A stretch of 64,000 nt of DNA. It comes from a virus. Shown piece after piece: positions 59,003 to 64,000 of the stretch (the stretch's first letter is position 1; every line of letters starts with the position of its first letter). The DNA lies in IMG/VR virus record IMGVR_UViG_3300044653_000068, positions 51,257 to 115,256 of that record; one strand, 5' to 3'. The position numbers and the translations under genes were made by a program. The notes under the pieces were generated by a model, which was not told where the DNA came from, ran no database searches, and saw only the letters and a list, made by a program, of their open reading frames with translations.

Positions 59003-59388
59003 CCCCGCCTCCCCAGGATCTCATCGAGCGCCGCGTCCACACCGGGCGCCAGGTCCTCGGCCTCGGCCTCCGTCACGGCGTACGTGCGCGTCAGGAAGCC
59101 CGCGACGCGGCTGGCCGCGCATCGCATGGTCGCCTGCCCGAACGGGCTGGTCAGGGTCAGGTGCAGCGTGTCCCCGGCGGTTTTGATGTTCACGTCCCCG
59201 AGGCCGGCCTCGCCGTTCCGGAACGCGGCGCGCAGCAGCTCGCGGGCGAATTCCCACGGGACGGCCTCGCCGTGGTTGTCGAAGGTGACGCGGATGACCA
59301 GCGGCTCGCCCGAATCCCATGCGGTCACGGCGGTGACCTGGCCCTCGTCCGCGCTGTGCGTCCAGTTCCACGACTCCGCGATGATCAC
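58999..59388 (-). CDS. SsgA-family sporulation/cell-division protein
   Basis: WDSGEPLVIRVTF...VPWEFARELL...GLGDV...LTSPFGQA...FLTRTY...DAALDEIL. Confidence 0.85.
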   Translation of the reverse strand: MIIAESWNWTHSADEGQVTAVTAWDSGEPLVIRVTFDNHGEAVPWEFARELLRAAFRNGEAGLGDVNIKTAGDTLHLTLTSPFGQATMRCAASRVAGFLTRTYAVTEAEAEDLAPGVDAALDEILGRRG

Positions 59389-59556
59389 AGCCGCACCGCC
59401 GCGAAGACGAGCAGGACGGCGACGCCCAGCCACAGGCAGGTGATGAACCCCCGTGTGAAGGGCGTGATATCCGTCTCCAGCCTCCGGGGCCGGGTGAGGC
59501 TGTTGTGCGCGAAGATCACGAACAGGGCCGCCGCCGCCCAGTAGAAGCCGCTCATG

Positions 59557-60381
59557 TCACCAGTCCTTTCCCGCCCAGTAGTCCCGGTAGGTCTCGGTAA
59601 GCCAGGCGTTAGCCCAGTTGTAATCGGGCTGCTCCGGCAGCGGTGATTCGCGGTGACCGGGTTCGAGCAGCCGGCTCAGCTCCTCTTCCGCGTCCTCGGC
59701 TATCGCCAGCGCGACCTCCATGGCGCACCTGCCCTCGCGGACGTCCATGACGACCTGACGCTCGTACTCCGGCATCGGCAGGGTGATGTTCCCCGTCCTC
59801 ATCAGCTCGACGCCCTGGTACCCGAGGCGGACCATGTGGCCGGCGAACTTGGTGTCGAACCCGTACTTCTCGATCAGCTCCGGCCGGGTGACGTCGCGGC
59901 CCTTGCCCGGGTGGTCGTGGGACAGCATGCTCCGGCGCTGGGCGTGCAGGTAGCCGGCGAACCGCTTCCCCGCGACCTTCGAGACGATCCTGCCCCGGTG
60001 CCTGTTCCGCAGGTCCGCGCCGTAAGTGTTCATGCGGATAACGCTGGACAGCGGCGCGAACAGGGGCGCCAGGATGCTCGGGTTGCCGTTAAGGGCCAGC
60101 CTCATCCACTTGCGGAGGCTGTAGACGGTCTCGTCGAGGTCGCCGGGCCCTGACCGCTCGCGCAGCCCGCCGGGCCGCTCCCAGGCGGTGTGGTACTCGT
60201 ACTGCTCGAAGTTCCTCAGGCCGAGCACGGTCACCGGGTCCTCGATGCAGATCCCCATCTCGTCCCGGTCGTCATAGCCGGGCACGGACGTGCCGTGGAC
60301 GCCGGAGCCGATCTCCGTGCGGAGGATGGTCCCGGCGTCCGCGATCGACTTGTGCCACGGCGTGGCGTGCTTTCCCGTCAT
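59557..60381 (-). CDS. RlaP-like (pol-beta superfamily) nucleotidyltransferase
   Basis: IGSGVHGT...DDRDEMGICIE, GNPSIL, GFDTKFAGHMVRLGYQG. Confidence 0.85.
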   Translation of the reverse strand: MTGKHATPWHKSIADAGTILRTEIGSGVHGTSVPGYDDRDEMGICIEDPVTVLGLRNFEQYEYHTAWERPGGLRERSGPGDLDETVYSLRKWMRLALNGNPSILAPLFAPLSSVIRMNTYGADLRNRHRGRIVSKVAGKRFAGYLHAQRRSMLSHDHPGKGRDVTRPELIEKYGFDTKFAGHMVRLGYQGVELMRTGNITLPMPEYERQVVMDVREGRCAMEVALAIAEDAEEELSRLLEPGHRESPLPEQPDYNWANAWLTETYRDYWAGKDW

Positions 60382-60719
60382 CGCCCCTCCAGTAGTCGCT
60401 CGATCTCGCTCAGCGGGCACATCATGACGGCCGCCGTGTTCTCCGGCGTCGCGCCATCGGCGAGCAGCCGCAGGGCCAGCGCCTGGTCCTCGTCGTTCAG
60501 CCCGGTGACCGCGCTCTCCGCCCTGAGGGCCGGCCGTGGCTGCCCTGGCTCGTGCAGCGGGCCCCCGGCCGCGATCCGGTAGTAGCCCATGGCGAGGAGG
60601 CGGGCGTGACTCTTGGAGACGCCGAACTCGCGGGCCAGGGCCGCGATGCTCTCGCCGTTGACGACGCACCGCGTTCTCAGCTCGCGCACCCGCTCGTCGG
60701 ACAGCACCTTAGCGCCCAC
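60378..60719 (-). CDS. HTH DNA-binding protein
   Basis: GESIAALAREFGVSKSHA. Confidence 0.7.
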   Translation of the reverse strand: MGAKVLSDERVRELRTRCVVNGESIAALAREFGVSKSHARLLAMGYYRIAAGGPLHEPGQPRPALRAESAVTGLNDEDQALALRLLADGATPENTAAVMMCPLSEIERLLEGR

Positions 60720-60802
60720 GAGCGACCCAGCCCCTGATAATCCGGATGAGGCTCCGCGCTTTCGGCGGCCTGATGGTGATGCTGAGCACGGGAATCGGCT
60801 CC

Positions 60803-61588
60803 TTACTGTCCAGGTTCACGGTAGTGCTCCTCTGCGAATGATCCCCACTGACGCGCCATGGCCTGAGCTAGCCCTGTGGATGTTCTCGACCGCACGATAG
60901 CGCGCCGCGCCCGGCCTTCGGAGTCCTCGTGCGCGCTCGTGGCCAGTCGCCCTGCGGCCTGGTCGGTGCGCCAGCTCCCGCCGCCTGTGGTGACCCTCCC
61001 CGTGGGCTCAACCGGGTCGGTGGGCACGAGCTTCGGCAGGCCCTTCAGCCACAGGTCGATGCGCTTCTTCCGGGGATCGCCGAAGTGCCACGGCTGGACG
61101 CTCTGCGTCGGCGGGCCCGCGTGCTCCGGGCGCTGCACGATCGAGTGCGGATTCTCCACCGCGACTAGCGGGCTCGGCGCCTTCAGCATCTTCATGAAGA
61201 AGTCGATGCCCTCCTGCTGCGGGCTCTTGGCCTTGCCGGACGGGACGATCTGCTTCTGCTTGAACCACCGGGCGCCGACGTAGCTGATGTCATTGCATGG
61301 CGGATGCATGATGCACAGGTCCCACAGGGTCAGGCCGGTGCCGTCGATGTCCTTGATGACGGGCTGCTCGTTAGCCGCCGCCATACGCCCGGCGTTGACC
61401 GGGTGATCCCAGCGGAACAGGTCGCGCACGTCGCCCTGGTAGTGCATGGCGGAACCGCCGTTCCTGAAAAAAGCGTCAGGGCTCTCGCTCGGCAGCAGAT
61501 CGGCCGACCAGGCTTCCCAGCCGCGCTTCGCGAACTCGTCCCTCACCCGGCCGGACATCTCACAGCCGACTAGGACACGAAGCGGCAC
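60803..61588 (-). CDS. DNA cytosine methyltransferase-like protein
   Basis: RVLVGCEMSG.VR, HYQGDV, HPPC, VENP, QPWHFG, LWLKGLP, RSRT..G.A.AMA.QW. Confidence 0.75.
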   Translation of the reverse strand: MPLRVLVGCEMSGRVRDEFAKRGWEAWSADLLPSESPDAFFRNGGSAMHYQGDVRDLFRWDHPVNAGRMAAANEQPVIKDIDGTGLTLWDLCIMHPPCNDISYVGARWFKQKQIVPSGKAKSPQQEGIDFFMKMLKAPSPLVAVENPHSIVQRPEHAGPPTQSVQPWHFGDPRKKRIDLWLKGLPKLVPTDPVEPTGRVTTGGGSWRTDQAAGRLATSAHEDSEGRARRAIVRSRTSTGLAQAMARQWGSFAEEHYREPGQ

Positions 61589-61778
61589 GCCGCCTCCAGT
61601 CTCTTCCTCAGCGCGACCACGTGAATTTTCTCGTCAGGGGCCAGGCAGAGCGGGCCGTGCCGCAGAGCTTCCAGCATGGTGATCGCCTCAGTCGCGATGT
61701 TCGACAGCTCACCGATCGCGAGGGCCAGCTCCTTGTTCGCCTCGGCCAGTCCCGGCCGGCCGTCGTATCCCGGTCCCA

Positions 61779-62057
61779 TCACCGGCTCCTGCACTGCAAG
61801 ATCGGGTCGAGGCGCGTGTGAGTACCGCTGCCCACGTCCGTGAACGTGTACTTGCGCCGTCTATCGCCATTTAGCGCCCTGTCGAGCTTGAAGAACAGCG
61901 TGCTGTGGAAGTGCGCGGTCTCCCCGGACGGGTAGCTGCACGAGAACCGGCCGCACAGATCGCGCAGGAAGATCACCTCGTCCTCGGTCAGGCCGAGCAG
62001 GTCGTACGTGGGCGGGGGGTGGGGAGACGGGGGCGGGGGGACTACCTTTACTTCCAT
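61779..62057 (-). CDS. hypothetical protein
   Basis: AGGAG Shine-Dalgarno, downstream of an ECF-type promoter. Confidence 0.5.
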   Translation of the reverse strand: MEVKVVPPPPSPHPPPTYDLLGLTEDEVIFLRDLCGRFSCSYPSGETAHFHSTLFFKLDRALNGDRRRKYTFTDVGSGTHTRLDPILQCRSR

Positions 62058-62096
62058 GCGCGACTCCTAACGCGAAGAGGGGGACCTGCTCCGTAG

Positions 62097-62122
62097 AACA
62101 GATCCCCCCTCACCCTAATTCC
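62097..62122 (-). promoter_or_regulatory. SigR/SigH-type promoter
   Basis: GGAAT-N18-GTT immediately after the Ro60 stop codon. Confidence 0.65.
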
Positions 62123-63736
62123 CTACAGGTCGCCCCGCGCGTGAGCCGCGAGCAGGTTCGGCACGGCCGCGTCGAAACCGGACACGTCGAGCATCCCCGG
62201 GTCCAGCGGGTCGGCAATGGAGAACTCGGTCGGGGTGACGGCGCACACCTGGAGCTTCGCGTCGATGCCCGAGTGCCGCCGGTACATGCGCAGCGCCTCG
62301 AACGGGTGCATGGTGCTGCGATTCACCTCGTTGTCAGTCCAGATCTGGAACACGTCCGCGTCCAGGTTCTGCTGCTGAGCCCACCGCATCGGCAGGGACA
62401 TGTCGGTCCACCCGAAGTTCAGTCCGGAGACCGAGCGCACTACGTCATCCAGGCGCTGCGACGGCGAGATGCTGATCGGCGTAAACACGTTGGAGAACGC
62501 GGTGATGACGTAACTGGGCTCCGTCTTCGCCCCTATCATCGCCATCGCCGCCGCGATCTCCCGGGCGGTGAACGGGTAGTCCGCGATGTAATTCCCCATG
62601 GAGCTGGACACGTCGAGCGCGATGACCGTGCGCTTGCCCGAGGGCCGCACGCTCCCGAACGCCAGGTAGAACATCGCGTCAAGCGCGTCCATGACCTGCG
62701 GGCTGGGGTTCCAGCGGAGCTTGCCCTTAGTCCCGTGCCCCTGCTCGTACGTCTTCAGCGCGATGAGGACGGCGATCGGGTGAATACGCGCCCCGGTGAC
62801 CGCGCGCTGATCGGTGAGCATGGCCGTGATGATGTTCGTGGCGCCGCCGCCCATCGGCGAGATGACGCCCAGGTGCGTGAGCCGGCCCAGGTTGCGGAGC
62901 AGCGCGCCGAGCGGGAGGTTCCCGTTCCGGATCATCGCCTCCCACACCTCGGCCTTGGCCAGCGCCTCGGACGGCAGCATCTCGTGCGACAGCGACCGGT
63001 TCGAGGCGATCAGCCGGGTCCAGTCAGCCACGTTACGGGTCTCGTGCGCCTGCTCGGCGACGTCCACGATGGGCGGCAGCAGGCTTGCGTTGAACTCGCC
63101 CTTCATCACGTAGTCGAACAGGGCGCGGTGGGCCGGCTGCACCTCGGCGAGGTTGGCGACGCGGCCGAACTTGGCGAGGCGCATGACGTCGCGGTGGGAC
63201 CAGCCGTCGCGCTGCTTGTACTTCAGCAGCTGGTAGGCGAGGTCCTCCGGGGACTGGCGCAGGTACCACGCGCCGATGCCCTTGGTGAGCTGCGGGCCCC
63301 AGCCACGGAACATCTGGGCGTACTCGGCGAACTTGAGCAGGTGCGTGCCGGTGCGGGCGACGGATGGCAGCGCATCGAGGGCGGCCTGCCTGTACGCGGT
63401 GTTCCCGAGCCCGGCGGCGGCCGCGAGGGCGAACAGCGCCGGGTTGTTGCGCGGCGCGCGGCCGGCCTGGGAGACCGCGACGGCCTCGTTGACGAGCGCC
63501 GGGTTCGACGCCTGCGCCAGGTCCGTGACCAGGTTCGCGTTCGCCCGGGTGAGCGCCCGCTCCTTCTGGTAGTAGGTGCCGCCCTCGGTGCCGATGGTGA
63601 GGAACCGGTTGAGCCGGGTCTTATCGGACGCCTGGAAGACGTAGCCGCCGTCGTTGTTCACCACCTGGTCGGCGCGGGCCTTCTCGGTCTGCGGGGTGGC
63701 ACCCGGGGTGACGTGCCGGGTGAATACATCAGACAT
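62123..63736 (-). CDS. Ro60/TROVE RNA-binding protein (Rsr)
   Basis: NNDGGYVF, RFLTIGTEGGTYY, KYKQRDGWSHRD, ARIHP; vWA domain ALDVSSSM...TDNE; GFD. Confidence 0.95.
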   Translation of the reverse strand: MSDVFTRHVTPGATPQTEKARADQVVNNDGGYVFQASDKTRLNRFLTIGTEGGTYYQKERALTRANANLVTDLAQASNPALVNEAVAVSQAGRAPRNNPALFALAAAAGLGNTAYRQAALDALPSVARTGTHLLKFAEYAQMFRGWGPQLTKGIGAWYLRQSPEDLAYQLLKYKQRDGWSHRDVMRLAKFGRVANLAEVQPAHRALFDYVMKGEFNASLLPPIVDVAEQAHETRNVADWTRLIASNRSLSHEMLPSEALAKAEVWEAMIRNGNLPLGALLRNLGRLTHLGVISPMGGGATNIITAMLTDQRAVTGARIHPIAVLIALKTYEQGHGTKGKLRWNPSPQVMDALDAMFYLAFGSVRPSGKRTVIALDVSSSMGNYIADYPFTAREIAAAMAMIGAKTEPSYVITAFSNVFTPISISPSQRLDDVVRSVSGLNFGWTDMSLPMRWAQQQNLDADVFQIWTDNEVNRSTMHPFEALRMYRRHSGIDAKLQVCAVTPTEFSIADPLDPGMLDVSGFDAAVPNLLAAHARGDL

Positions 63737-63763
63737 AATTCCTTCTTCCGGTCTGGATGTTCA

Positions 63764-63889
63764 GTGAGGCGGGCATAAAGCGCAATTCGATTTTGGAGAA
63801 GCCAGCACTCCCTAAAGCCCGAGGGCCCGGCGGATTTGAACCGCAACTGTTCACAAGGCAGATAACCGGGTTGCTCCGGCTCGTCTCAC
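63764..63889 (-). ncRNA. YrlA-type Y RNA
   Basis: Terminal stem GTGAG/CTCAC; GCCGGAG..CGGTTATC on the 5' side and CTTTATGCCC on the 3' side; T-arm GCGG-TTCAAAT-CCGC, then a closed acceptor-like hairpin and a D-arm; directly upstream of Ro60. Confidence 0.85.
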
Positions 63890-63940
63890 AGGGGACGGTT
63901 ATTCAGTTGTGCCTCCCCGGGGATGTCCGGGAAGTGTTAG

Positions 63941-64000
63941 GGCGCGGAGGGCATAAAGGCGCTCCCGATTGGGGGGGGGGGGGGGACCGCTCCTATGCCA
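63941..64000 (-). ncRNA. 3' end of a second Y RNA (truncated by window)
   Basis: Repeats AATCG...CTTTATGCCC from the first copy (GGGCATAAAG at 63771 and 63949). Confidence 0.6.

Noticed and set aside
63971-63985. G15 homopolymer as a phase-variation tract or G-quadruplex
   Set aside because: It is non-coding, sits at the window edge and its length is error-prone; it cannot be judged without reads
1-64000. Integrase, reverse transcriptase/DGR, intein or self-splicing intron in TerL, PolA or the helicases
   Set aside because: No such motifs were recognised and these genes are uninterrupted, so phage lifestyle cannot be determined from this window

Overview
About 64 kb of a large, GC-rich tailed (Caudoviricetes) actinobacteriophage. 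An SsgA-like gene and two DUF397 genes point to a filamentous actinomycete host. From left to right: (1) a leftward packaging arm at 1-10.6 kb with the portal 5' end, Thg1-like gene, TerL, candidate TerS, two tRNAs, a GH16 gene and an HNH gene; (2) a ~2.5 kb non-coding divergence zone at 10.6-13.1 kb with short repeats and a ~1.2 kb densely base-paired + strand segment, a candidate large ncRNA; (3) a rightward run of small early-type genes at 13-34.6 kb including an FAD monooxygenase, Ku, DUF1707, DUF397 and a transglycosylase-NlpC/P60 gene; (4) a leftward block with lysis-like genes, PolA, a putative origin carrying two perfect DnaA boxes, a BRO gene and a primase-helicase; (5) a rightward recombination block with ParB-like, Cas4-like, SSB and SNF2 genes; (6) a leftward block with DUF397, toprim, RuvC-like, SsgA, nucleotidyltransferase, methylase-like and Ro60 genes, the last preceded by tandem Y RNAs. 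The most notable observations are the candidate large structured RNA, the Ro60/Y-RNA/NTase/Thg1 RNA-repair set, a sigmaR/sigmaH-type (GGAAT-N18-GTT) leaderless regulon, and repeated gene-junction sequences flanking small genes. All protein calls come from motifs recognised by eye; no database search was run.
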